Source: Spirochaetota bacterium (lineage in GTDB: Bacteria; Spirochaetota; UBA4802; JAFGDQ01). From it: 64,000 nt of DNA. The position numbers and the translations under genes were made by a program. The notes below the pieces were generated by a model. The model was not told where the DNA came from. It saw nothing but the letters and a program-made list of their open reading frames with translations, and ran no database searches. The stretch covers positions 1-64,000 of the forward strand of contig JAZDKB010000041.1 of the NCBI GenBank assembly GCA_043803405.1, in the 5' to 3' direction. Shown piece after piece: positions 21,772 through 31,007 of the stretch (positions are counted from its first letter, which is position 1; every line of letters starts with the position of its first letter).

Positions 21772-22095
21772 ATGTTCGACAAAGCCAAAGCAATTAAAGA
21801 GTATGGAATAACAGAAGAATTTTATGACGGATTACTGAAAGAGTTTATTACTCATGCCAGGAAAGATTTACCGATAATGGAAAAGTCCATTGCCGCAGGT
21901 GATTTTAAAGAGGCGCAGAGTGTAATTCATTCGCTGAAAGGCGCTGCAGGTAATTTAAGGGTTGCTCAGGCTTATCAACTTACCATAACACTCGAGGACG
22001 CTATTAAAAAAAATCTGGCGCAGGAAATTAACGATTATACTGTAAAATTAAAAACTTACATTGATGAATTGTCTCTGGAATTAAAAATAGAATAA
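21772..22095 (+). CDS. Hpt phosphotransfer protein
   Basis: HSLKGAAGNL motif; directly after the hybrid kinase. Confidence 0.9.
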   Translation: MFDKAKAIKEYGITEEFYDGLLKEFITHARKDLPIMEKSIAAGDFKEAQSVIHSLKGAAGNLRVAQAYQLTITLEDAIKKNLAQEINDYTVKLKTYIDELSLELKIE

Positions 22096-22181
22096 AGAAA
22101 AGATATAGCCTGGAATCTTTCTCCGAAAGAGTTGACTTTTCCCTCCCTGCCTGTTTTATATGGAATAATAAAATCATCAGG

Positions 22182-24245
22182 ATGAAATTATATATGAACA
22201 TGGATAAATTTTTTTACCCGCACAGCATAGTAATATTTGGCCTGTCCGACAGCCCGGGGAATCTCAGTATATATATACTTGAGAATCTCGGCCGATTCGG
22301 TTTTACGGGCCGTGTGTATGGCATTGGCAGAAAAGAAAAAGATGTAATGGGCACAAAAGTATATAGTAAAATAGAAGACGTGCCAGAGGTTCCGGATCTG
22401 GCTGTTTTTGTTATTCCTGCCGCAGCCATGCCGGATGCTCTTCGATCGTGCAAAATTAAAGGCGTAACTCATGTCATCATTGAGACAGGCGGTTTTTCCG
22501 AACTGGGCGCAAAAGGCAAAGCACTTGAAGATCAAATCCGCAGCATTGCCGAAGAGTCAGGCATTACATGTATAGGCCCGAACTGCGTGGGCGTCATCAA
22601 CAAGGAAAACGGGCTTGTTACGCCTTTTATACCTTTTGAAAAGGGCGAAGTCGGGAAGGGGCACAATTCTTTCATTACCCAGAGCGGCGGACTTATACAT
22701 GACCTGCTGCACAGATGCGCTGCGGATAATGTTGGTATAAGCAAGTTTGCGAGCATCGGCAACAAGCTCATGGTAAACGAAAGCGATATCCTGGAATATT
22801 TCATTCATGATCCTGATAGTAAGTGCATCGGCCTGTATCTTGAAGATATACGTGAAGGAAGACGGCTTGTCAGCCTGGCAGCCGGCACTGATAAGCCGGT
22901 GATTATGCTGAAAGGAAATGCGAGCCCTTTGAGCAGGGAAATCGCTTCGTTTCATACTGCAGCGCTGGTGGGCGACTCTGCTGTAGCTGATTCTGCATTT
23001 AAGCAGGCGGGCATTCATCATGTGCGAAGCCCGCAGGATATGGTAGATTGCTTCAAGATATTCGATCTTCCGCCACTTAAGGGACCGAACATAGTCATTA
23101 TTGGACGCTCGGGCGGACAGGGCGTACTGCTGGCAGATGAAGCGCATAGCCAGGGTTTTATACTTCCTAAACTACCGCCGGAATTTTTTGTTCCAATAGG
23201 CAAAAAGGCAAAAGCAGGGGTAATGCGGAACACGAATCCTGTAGACCTTGGAGACGTGTGGGATGAACATTTTTTTCTGACAGTAGTAGAGATGGCCCTT
23301 GGCCTGGATAATGCGGACGGAGTAGTTTTTTATTTTGAATACGGCAACAATCACGATGTCAGCTTTGATGTTCTTAAGGGTGTTGAGCGTCTTTGCCGCG
23401 AATACGACAAGCCTGTTGCTTTATGCATGGTGCCTGACCGGTCTGTGTGGTTCTCACTCAGGTATTCGTCTCCTTTCCCGTTCTTTACAGAGGCAGAGCG
23501 CGCCTTTACAGCGCTTAAGAGATCGCTGTGGCATTATGAAAGGATATCTGGCCACCGCAAAACCGGCATCATTGCGTCCGCAGGTTTTAACAGGGCGACT
23601 GAAGGCAAAGCGGAAATTATGCCTGCCGGACAGTCTCTCTCCCTGCTGGCTAAGTACAGTTTGCCGGCAGGTGAATACGAGTTGTTTGCTGACTATGCTT
23701 CAGGGCTGGCGGCAGCGAACCGTATCGGTTACCCTGTTGCCTTGAAAAAAACAGAGCCTTTTATTCTGCATAAAACCGAGGAAGGTGCGGTTAAGCTTAA
23801 TATTAAAAACGAATTAGAGCTTTCTGCAGCCATAAAAAAAATGAACGGAACATCTTACCTTCTTCAAAAAATGGCGCCCGAAGGGATCGATGCTATAATC
23901 GGCGGCAAACAGGACCCGGAGTTCGGGCATGTTATTCTATTTGGCCTTGGCGGAATTTTCGTGGAAATATTCAGGGATACGTCGGTGCGTATTGCTCCTG
24001 TGGATATGCAGACTGCTAAAGAGATGATCGATGAGATTAAGGGAGCGCCTCTTCTTAAGGGAGCAAGGGGCACAGCAATGGCAGACATTGCATCATTGAC
24101 GGATGCCATAGTGAATGTTTCGCGCTTATTATCGGAACATCCTGAAATAACGAATCTTGACATCAATCCTCTCAGGGTATTCCCCGAAGGCAGGGGGTGC
24201 GCGGCACTGGATGTGAAGATCGGATATTGCCGCATTAAAGAATAA
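22182..24245 (+). CDS. Acetate/acyl-CoA ligase (ADP-forming) family, fused alpha/beta
   Basis: GGFSE, IGPNCVG, QSGG, SIGNK, HTAALVG, NPVDL, ATP-grasp GYPVALK..HKTE, FGLGGIFVEIFRD, LDINPL. Confidence 0.9.
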   Translation: MKLYMNMDKFFYPHSIVIFGLSDSPGNLSIYILENLGRFGFTGRVYGIGRKEKDVMGTKVYSKIEDVPEVPDLAVFVIPAAAMPDALRSCKIKGVTHVIIETGGFSELGAKGKALEDQIRSIAEESGITCIGPNCVGVINKENGLVTPFIPFEKGEVGKGHNSFITQSGGLIHDLLHRCAADNVGISKFASIGNKLMVNESDILEYFIHDPDSKCIGLYLEDIREGRRLVSLAAGTDKPVIMLKGNASPLSREIASFHTAALVGDSAVADSAFKQAGIHHVRSPQDMVDCFKIFDLPPLKGPNIVIIGRSGGQGVLLADEAHSQGFILPKLPPEFFVPIGKKAKAGVMRNTNPVDLGDVWDEHFFLTVVEMALGLDNADGVVFYFEYGNNHDVSFDVLKGVERLCREYDKPVALCMVPDRSVWFSLRYSSPFPFFTEAERAFTALKRSLWHYERISGHRKTGIIASAGFNRATEGKAEIMPAGQSLSLLAKYSLPAGEYELFADYASGLAAANRIGYPVALKKTEPFILHKTEEGAVKLNIKNELELSAAIKKMNGTSYLLQKMAPEGIDAIIGGKQDPEFGHVILFGLGGIFVEIFRDTSVRIAPVDMQTAKEMIDEIKGAPLLKGARGTAMADIASLTDAIVNVSRLLSEHPEITNLDINPLRVFPEGRGCAALDVKIGYCRIKE

Positions 24246-24343
24246 ATTTTCAGTATAAAGCAAATGAAAAAATATCTTAAATAATTATCTTGACAAAAAT
24301 TAAATAAATAACGAATAGAGTAACAGGTATTATAACATAATAT

Positions 24344-24509
24344 TTACAGGTGCTCCGGAGAAATCCGGAGAGAATAGGGAAACCCGTTAAAATCGGGTGC
24401 GGACCCGCCGCTGTAACCGGGGATGAAAGCCGTTTTTGCCACTGTGCGCTTTGCGTACGGGAAGGCGCGGCAAGTAAAACGAACCGGGAGCCAGAAGACC
24501 TGCCTGTAA
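24344..24509 (+). ncRNA. Cobalamin riboswitch
   Basis: AGGTG..AATAGGGAA-ACCCG-TTAAAAT-CGGGT, CCCGCCGCTGTAA, GCCACTG..GGGAAGGC and B12-box GAGCCAGAAGACCTGCC; P1 TTACAGG/CCTGTAA; upstream of a TonB receptor. Confidence 0.95.
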
Positions 24510-24573
24510 CAGAGAGCTGCATTTCCTTCGTGAGTATAAGGAAGCTCATTTACATTACGAGGCAAAAAAACGG

Positions 24574-24609
24574 AATCCTCGGACATTAAGTGTCCGGGGA
24601 TTTTTTTTT
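24574..24609 (+). terminator. Riboswitch expression-platform terminator
   Basis: AATCCTCGGACA-TTAAG-TGTCCGGGGATT followed by a T run, between aptamer and CDS. Confidence 0.85.
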
Positions 24610-24753
24610 GGCCTGAAATGCAAAGTTGTTCGGAGAATAACGCGCACAAAAACGGGAATATTGCCCATGGAGGATAGAGATACGGGATTTAGTTTTCAAT
24701 TATCAGATTTAAAGAATATTTTTCATTAAACATTATTTTCAGGAGAATTAAAA

Positions 24754-26886
24754 ATGAAGTTTTATAAATATTATATATTTCAGATTATTTTAGTAAGCAT
24801 TATCTATTTTTCTTTCAGCGTGCTTTCAAATGCGCAGGAAATACCTGTTGAAGAAAGTGCGGAAGCTGTTGGGCAGGAACAGGATGAGAGTAACAGTGCA
24901 GAATTAAAAGGAGACGTACAGGATAACGAGAAAATCATTAAGCAGAACATGCTTGTTATTACTGCTACAAAAACAAGAGAAAACAAAAAGGATGTTCCTG
25001 TTAATGTGGAAGTAATTACAAGCAAGGATATTGAAGCAACCGGAGCTACGTCAGCAGGTGATGTTTTAGGCCAGCTCGAGACCGGGCATTTTCACAAATA
25101 TAGCGGGCTTCAGCAATCTGCAGGTTTGCACGGCAATTTCAGAACAGATTCAATGGGCGATGATATTAAAGGCTATGTTTTAATACTGGTTGACGGCCAC
25201 CGCATCGGCACCGGCAATTTAGGGAAAATACCGCCCGAAGCTATTGAAAGAATCGAGATTATAAAAGGCCCGGCTTCTTCGCTTTACGGATCTGCGGCAA
25301 TGGGCGGTGTAATCAATATTATTACAAAAAAAGGCAGAGGTAAACCAGAAACAGATATAAAAAACGAGTACGGTAGTTTTGACTATATGAAAGGATCGGC
25401 TGCAAGCGGAGGCAGTGCAACGGACTTGTTCAGCTATTTTGTATCCGGCAGTTTTATGCATGTAGGGGATTATGAAACGAAAAAATACGGGACAGTACAT
25501 AACAGCAGTGAGGACCATAAGCAGATATGGGGGAACCTGTCACTTTACCCTAAGGATAATCAGAGCCTGCGGCTGGGTTTTTCCTACGCAAATATTATAG
25601 CACATTATCCTGAATGGAAAAACTGGCAGACATACACTAAATATGAGGAAAATACAAATTGTTATACTGATAAAAGCCGGGGACATTCTGATCTTGAATA
25701 TAATCTCGGATTATATAATGATAAATTGCACTGGAAGTCATTGTTATATTTTTTATGGGACAGGAATTCTCTTTTTTGGGCATCCCCTCCATCTTCCGCA
25801 AAAGACAGTGCATCAATAAATAACAATTACACAGCAGGTGCTGATCAGCAATTTACTGTTTCGTTAGTGCCGTATAATAAAATAATTGCCGGTTATACTT
25901 TTGAATTTTTAAGGAAGGAAATTGAAGCGAAAGAGAATGGCATCGCTACTAAACCGTCATCACCGGATACTTCATGTTTAACAAACAGCATATACGCCCA
26001 GGACTCGGTCGATTTATTAAACAATACTGTGAATTTAATAGCAGGAGTCAGATATGACAGATTTGATTTTTCCACTGAAAAACCGAAAAACAGCACATAT
26101 ACTGAAAAGAGTTTTGATCATGTTTCTCCAAGAGGTGGAGTTGTATATAAATTGACTGACTTTCTCCGATTCAGGGGTAATGTTGGACATGCGTATAAAG
26201 CCCCTTCGGCTGACGAGCTGACTGCTGAATATATGTATATGGAATATGGCACTGAGAAAAGAACATTGGGGAATCCGGACCTGAAAGCTGAAACTAGCAC
26301 AAGTTATGAAGGAGGTTCGGATTTATATTTATCTGATTTAAATTTAGGCTCTACTTATACTCTTACTAATACAAAAAATAAAATTGAAAGAACAGGCTAT
26401 ACTGTCCCGTACAACGGGTATGACTGGTATACATTTGAAAATATCGGTAAATCCCGCATGCAGGCAGTCGAATGCTATTTAAACTGGGCAATCGGTAAAA
26501 CATTGAATCTGCCTGTAGCGGTAAATTTTAATGCAAATATTGTATTTAATCTGCAGTACGAAAATAGAAGCACAGGGCAGGATTTAAATTATGTCTCGGA
26601 TAAAGAGATAAAAACAAACCTGAGTGTTGGTTACAGAAAGGCTGTTGTAACTTTATTCTATGTTTATATTGGAAAACAAAAACATGAAAATTTCGATAAT
26701 TATCCGGCAACTGTTGAAACAAAAAGTCCGTTCAGATATTATGACCTGACATTTAAATATGATATTACTCCGGTTATTGAAGTGAATGGAGGTGTATTCA
26801 ATCTTACAAATAAAAATTATGAATGGGTTCGCGGGTATCCTATGCCGGAACGAAATTACAAGATCGGTTTAACAGGAAAATTCTAG
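24754..26886 (+). CDS. TonB-dependent receptor, BtuB-like corrinoid transporter
   Basis: LVITATKT TonB-box-like segment, IERIEIIKGPASSLYGSAAMGGVINIITKK plug, GNPDLKAE, C-terminal F; B12 riboswitch upstream. Confidence 0.92.
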   Translation: MKFYKYYIFQIILVSIIYFSFSVLSNAQEIPVEESAEAVGQEQDESNSAELKGDVQDNEKIIKQNMLVITATKTRENKKDVPVNVEVITSKDIEATGATSAGDVLGQLETGHFHKYSGLQQSAGLHGNFRTDSMGDDIKGYVLILVDGHRIGTGNLGKIPPEAIERIEIIKGPASSLYGSAAMGGVINIITKKGRGKPETDIKNEYGSFDYMKGSAASGGSATDLFSYFVSGSFMHVGDYETKKYGTVHNSSEDHKQIWGNLSLYPKDNQSLRLGFSYANIIAHYPEWKNWQTYTKYEENTNCYTDKSRGHSDLEYNLGLYNDKLHWKSLLYFLWDRNSLFWASPPSSAKDSASINNNYTAGADQQFTVSLVPYNKIIAGYTFEFLRKEIEAKENGIATKPSSPDTSCLTNSIYAQDSVDLLNNTVNLIAGVRYDRFDFSTEKPKNSTYTEKSFDHVSPRGGVVYKLTDFLRFRGNVGHAYKAPSADELTAEYMYMEYGTEKRTLGNPDLKAETSTSYEGGSDLYLSDLNLGSTYTLTNTKNKIERTGYTVPYNGYDWYTFENIGKSRMQAVECYLNWAIGKTLNLPVAVNFNANIVFNLQYENRSTGQDLNYVSDKEIKTNLSVGYRKAVVTLFYVYIGKQKHENFDNYPATVETKSPFRYYDLTFKYDITPVIEVNGGVFNLTNKNYEWVRGYPMPERNYKIGLTGKF

Positions 26887-26891
26887 TTTAT

Positions 26892-26916
26892 GGGGCGGGC
26901 TTGCGCCCGCCCTTAC
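26892..26916. repeat. REP-like palindrome / possible terminator
   Basis: GGGCGGGC-TTGC-GCCCGCCC; on the minus strand GTAA-GGGCGGGC-GCAA..., resembling GTAG-type REPs. Confidence 0.55.
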
Positions 26917-27032
26917 AGGATTTTTTTGCATGATATTGCTCAAGGGTTCCCGCAGACCCTAACACCCTTTCCGCATAGCCAGACATTGGTTCCGCAGCCA
27001 AACCTTCTGGATTCAATATGCTAAACAATAAT

Positions 27033-28355
27033 TTACAGTCTGTACACAACACCTGCCTGTAAATACAATATCGGTACTAAGCGTTTATCGTCCCAACTGC
27101 TTGTATTTATCTTTTTGTCAAGGTCTTGATACTCAGGAGGTATTATGCCATTAGGATCGCTACTATTAACCTTAGTAATCTTAATATTTTGAAAAAGATT
27201 TCCATAAATAGTATAATTATAGATACAACTGGCAGTTAATCCAATTTTATCAGTAATAAATGCCGAAAAACCTAATTCGAACTCCGTATATAAAATATTT
27301 CCTCCTCCGTCCATTGTGAAGGAATATACTTGGCTACCAGAATCTGATATACTGGAAGAACTTACATTGTATATTCTAACATAATTTTTATTATTACACA
27401 TATACATATTATAACCAAAACCAATCCCTATAAATGGCTTAATTTTGAAAAATGGATATTCAAACAATATTGATAAGCCAGTGCCAGCGCTGTAGAAATT
27501 AAAGTTTTTTCTATTATCGCTGTTATAAGAATAAACATAATATGAATCTGCTGTGTATTCATTATTTATCCCTTTCCATCCTACAGTCTTCGCTTCTCCA
27601 TATAATCCCCATCCATATTTAAGATTAGGTTTTAATTTAATGAAATTATTAAGTCCAATATTTGGCGCAATTATGAGTTCCATCATATAGGTATTAATTT
27701 TATCTTCAGAAAGAGTAAATGGTTCAGGGTAATTATTTGGAATATGTATTGTTGGGACTTCCATATTATGTATCAGCCCATACCTGAAATACACCCCGAA
27801 ATCCATTGCTTTCCCGGACTTTTGTCTTTCATCGTTAAAAGAGTACGTTGTTGCGCCATAGTTATTCGATTGTATATCGCGTGCTATTCTGTCTACAATG
27901 CTCCCAGCAGCTTTGTCGAGTTCCGCATCTGTTTCCGCGCTTTCAGTGTCCGCGAGTATAATCGATCCGTTCTTGACATCAACGATCTTAAGCGAGAGTG
28001 TGTATTTCGCGATCTTCGAAAGGCTGCCCACTATGACAAAATCAGCGTAAAGTATTTTGCCTATCTGAACAGCACAAATCGAATCCGAGCAGTCCGAGAG
28101 CTGGAATTTCTGCTCATTAAGTATCATCTTTATCTGGTTGCGTTCCAGCACATCGAACAGCCTGCTTTTCTGAAGTTTTACTTCGAGAAGATCGCGGATA
28201 ATTTCCGCGTACGGTTTCGGAGCGTTCTTTGCTTCCAGTTCAAGTATTGCAACTCGTTTCGGCTTCTGCTCTGCAATGGCAGCATTCACAAAAGCAATTG
28301 CCATTGAAGAAAGAATAATTGCGCTTATAAAAAATACTTTCAGCTTTCCGTTCAT
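27033..28355 (-). CDS. Exported protein with N-terminal CsgG/HfaB-like domain and probable C-terminal beta-barrel
   Basis: Signal peptide; VLERNQIKMILNEQKFQLSDC..CAVQIGKILYADFVIVGSL motif; aromatic-rich strands ending LQAGVVYRL. Confidence 0.7.
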   Translation of the reverse strand: MNGKLKVFFISAIILSSMAIAFVNAAIAEQKPKRVAILELEAKNAPKPYAEIIRDLLEVKLQKSRLFDVLERNQIKMILNEQKFQLSDCSDSICAVQIGKILYADFVIVGSLSKIAKYTLSLKIVDVKNGSIILADTESAETDAELDKAAGSIVDRIARDIQSNNYGATTYSFNDERQKSGKAMDFGVYFRYGLIHNMEVPTIHIPNNYPEPFTLSEDKINTYMMELIIAPNIGLNNFIKLKPNLKYGWGLYGEAKTVGWKGINNEYTADSYYVYSYNSDNRKNFNFYSAGTGLSILFEYPFFKIKPFIGIGFGYNMYMCNNKNYVRIYNVSSSSISDSGSQVYSFTMDGGGNILYTEFELGFSAFITDKIGLTASCIYNYTIYGNLFQNIKITKVNSSDPNGIIPPEYQDLDKKINTSSWDDKRLVPILYLQAGVVYRL

Positions 28356-28390
28356 TGTTTATCTCTCCTGTTATATGTTTATAAAATTAT

Positions 28391-29107
28391 TTATTCTTCA
28401 AATTTTTGTTTAAGATATTTAGCAATATTCTGCGAAAGATATCTTGCCTGCGGCTCAATATCCGTTTCGCCAGGCACCTGGACATTCTCTGCAAAAAGAA
28501 CCTGGGAATTTTCCACATCGATTATCTTCGACGAAATGATAAGCTCATGCCCAAGCTTGCCAACAGCGCCTACAAGGATAAGATTTACTTTCTTCCCTTT
28601 TCTTTCGTTATCAAGTTTAATCACATAATCATGTCCCAGCAGTTCAACCAGTTCATTCGCTATTAAATCCGTTACCCTTTCGGATAATTCGCTGTCATTA
28701 TTCCGCGACATTAAGCGCCCAATGCCAAGCCTGTATTTCTGCACTAATGAGAATCCTTTTGCACTTCCGGTATTCTCTCCTGTTGTTTGCTGTTTCATAG
28801 TTTGTCCCTTTGCCATATTGTATGCTAAATAAGATGCCCCGCCTGCGGCAGAAATCCCTGCTGCTGTTATTGATGCCCAGGCTATTGCCTTGCTGAAAGA
28901 AAGTGACAGCCCGTAGCCTTTTTTTCTAAATCCGAAATATATCAGCAGAATGAAGCTGTAAACAAGACCGGATGCACCGAGCTTTTTTAAGCTCGAAACC
29001 AGGGCTTTTTTCTGCGAACCGGAAACATGCTGCTGCACGTGTTCGGGAATTTCTTCGGTGAATCTGAATTTTATTAAAAGTTTATTAAAGGCCTGTATGT
29101 CATTCAT
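28391..29107 (-). CDS. Membrane-anchored putative anti-sigma factor with C-terminal CsgG/FlgO-like domain
   Basis: 4-nt overlap with the ECF sigma gene; hydrophobic segments; ILVGAVGKLG..ISSKIIDVENSQVLFAE resembles the neighbouring CsgG-like domain. Confidence 0.55.
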   Translation of the reverse strand: MNDIQAFNKLLIKFRFTEEIPEHVQQHVSGSQKKALVSSLKKLGASGLVYSFILLIYFGFRKKGYGLSLSFSKAIAWASITAAGISAAGGASYLAYNMAKGQTMKQQTTGENTGSAKGFSLVQKYRLGIGRLMSRNNDSELSERVTDLIANELVELLGHDYVIKLDNERKGKKVNLILVGAVGKLGHELIISSKIIDVENSQVLFAENVQVPGETDIEPQARYLSQNIAKYLKQKFEE

Positions 29108-29625
29108 AATAGATCCTCTATATTGCGTATGCCTTTTTCATTCAGGTTCTGTATTACTCTTTTCACGATCTGGCCGTATTTATACTGAACCTGCCTTTTG
29201 CTTAAACCCAGAAGCCTGCCTGCTGTCGTATAGCTGTAATTATGAAACGCAATCAGTTCAATAATTGCCCTGTCAGTATCATCCAGGGCGGCTTTTGCAA
29301 TAGAGTCGCTTATTATTATTCGCAGGTCCCTGAAACCGTTCACGAAAGTCAAACTTACATCCTGGAAAACATCGTCAATATTTATTCCCTCCGGATGTTT
29401 GTCCCTGTAATATTTTAAAACGATATTCCGCAATGTGCCGAATATCCATTTGCGTACATTTAATATCTGCTCCAGGTTGTTATACAGCGCGATGAAAACC
29501 TCCTGGCACAGGTCTTCGGCATCCTGCATATTGCCTGTTTTTGTGTAAATCGTGTTAAATACAATATGATAATACTCCGTGAATATTTCCGTATATTTAT
29601 CTCTCTTTGATTTCCCGCCCGGCAT
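29104..29625 (-). CDS. ECF RNA polymerase sigma factor
   Basis: DAEDLCQEVF region 2, KWIFGTLRN, region 4 HTH SYTTAGRLLGLSKRQVQ. Confidence 0.88.
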   Translation of the reverse strand: MPGGKSKRDKYTEIFTEYYHIVFNTIYTKTGNMQDAEDLCQEVFIALYNNLEQILNVRKWIFGTLRNIVLKYYRDKHPEGINIDDVFQDVSLTFVNGFRDLRIIISDSIAKAALDDTDRAIIELIAFHNYSYTTAGRLLGLSKRQVQYKYGQIVKRVIQNLNEKGIRNIEDLL

Positions 29626-29800
29626 TCGGTTCTTCCTGTTTATATTAAAGTTCCATAATCACAAAATTCGTGACAAAATATTTTATAAAAAATAGAATTA
29701 TTATTATTATATTGACAAGTGCAAATTTTATTGAAAAATTATGAATCACTGAAGTACTAAGACAAATGCTTCATGAATATAATATTTTTTTTAAATTGCA

Positions 29801-30142
29801 ATGCCGACTAAAGACCTTAACCGCTACTGGATATATATACTGGAATGCAAAAACGGCAAATATTATACAGGTTATACAAATGATTTAGCCAGGCGATATT
29901 TGCTCCACATAAACGGAAAAGGCGCAAAATTTACAAGGACATACAAGCCTGTCGGGGTCGCGCAAAGCTGGAAGCTTACAGGCACAAAGGCGCAGGCAAT
30001 GAAAGTCGAAGCGTTTATAAAGCAGAAGCCGAGAGCATTTAAAGACGGGCTTGTTAAAAATCCGCGCGCTTTAAAGCGCGCTTTGTTTATTAAGTTCGGA
30101 TATGAATTTAAAATAATTAAGAGTGCGTTCCAAAACCTCTGA
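29801..30142 (+). CDS. GIY-YIG nuclease (UPF0213-like)
   Basis: YWIYILEC..YYTGYTNDL.RR..H..GKGAKFTR, EAFIK. Confidence 0.9.
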   Translation: MPTKDLNRYWIYILECKNGKYYTGYTNDLARRYLLHINGKGAKFTRTYKPVGVAQSWKLTGTKAQAMKVEAFIKQKPRAFKDGLVKNPRALKRALFIKFGYEFKIIKSAFQNL

Positions 30143-30270
30143 AACGCAATAAAAGATATTCAGACATAACAAATATTATTTTAATTTTTGAGGACTATCT
30201 GAGGCCGACAGGCATGGATGCCTTAGTGCCGGGTGCAGGCAGGAGGCCTGTTTGCACCCGGTCGAAGGAT
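30121..30270. mobile_element. MITE-like element (GAGTGCGT end) with nested GGA-loop hairpins; right end not recognisable
   Basis: GAGTGCGTTCCAAAACC end; TTTTAATTTTTGAGGACTATCTGAGGCCGA matches the core of the 55081 element; hairpins 30210-30223 and 30229-30261. Confidence 0.6.
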
Positions 30271-30355
30271 TAAACTCAAAAAACATTACCATGAACAATA
30301 AAAAAACAGTGAATTCCCTTCCAGCGCTTCAAAAGATTTAACTGCATGGCTGGAA

Positions 30356-30571
30356 TCAAAAAATATTAAAGGTAATGAACAACCCGCCGCAAGCAGCATA
30401 CGCTCTATTTCTGAAAATTCTAAGATCTTCTTCGTCTTCCGCTAACTCTCTCCGAATAGCATTATCAACTATTTCAGATATTGATTTAGATGTTTCAGCA
30501 GCTTTAATTTTTAGAACTTTATGTATATCCGGATCAAAATATACTGTTGCACGTTTATTTAATGCTGACAT
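30356..30571 (-). pseudogene. Orphan CopG/RHH antitoxin, C-terminally truncated
   Basis: KRATVYFDPDIHKVLKIKAA..SISEIVDNAIR..EDEEDL; tail replaced by unrelated sequence read through a CCCGCCGCAAGCAGC hairpin remnant; no toxin follows. Confidence 0.6.
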
Positions 30572-30605
30572 ATGTTTTTCTTGAATAAATATAATTATTC
30601 TTAAT

Positions 30606-30629
30606 ATAACATCATAACGTTATAACGTC
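30606..30629. promoter_or_regulatory. Three tandem 8-bp repeats, probable RHH operator
   Basis: ATAACATC-ATAACGTT-ATAACGTC about 35 nt upstream of the antitoxin start. Confidence 0.55.
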
Positions 30630-30654
30630 TATTTAAATTTATTTAGCTAACAAT

Positions 30655-30783
30655 TTATTTTGCAATTAAGTAAGAAATGTTTTGCAGCAAATCAGGCAGG
30701 CTGCGGAAGAGATCTCCGCAGGAAACGACTGCTAAAGAAATCAATATGATAATAACAAAAGTTGGATATTTAATCGATTTCAT
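30655..30783 (-). CDS. 42-aa small lipoprotein (not in the ORF track)
   Basis: MKSIKYPTFVIIILISLAVVSCGDLFRSLPDLLQNISYLIAK: basic N-terminus, hydrophobic core, lipobox VVSC; promoter TTGACG-17-TAAATT (30852-30824). Confidence 0.5.
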   Translation of the reverse strand: MKSIKYPTFVIIILISLAVVSCGDLFRSLPDLLQNISYLIAK

Positions 30784-31007
30784 AACCTGTTATTAATACA
30801 AAATATATTATAGACAATAAAATAATTTAGAATGGTGTTTGATATTCGTCAACAGATTTTTAAACAAGCACGATAATGTTTAGGGTGTTCAACCGATGGG
30901 GAAATAGTCCGGAGGGCAGTGAAAATTATCCGCATAAAACCGGTCTTAATTTATAACCTATATCAACAGGTTTGAAATCATGCTATAAATAAACTAAAAT
31001 GATATTA

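Noticed and set aside
24277..24649. Short ORFs over the riboswitch region
   Set aside because: The region is explained by the cobalamin aptamer and its terminator
29801..30142. GIY-YIG protein as a homing endonuclease or MITE mobiliser
   Set aside because: It is the short stand-alone UPF0213 type with no DNA-binding extension or intron context
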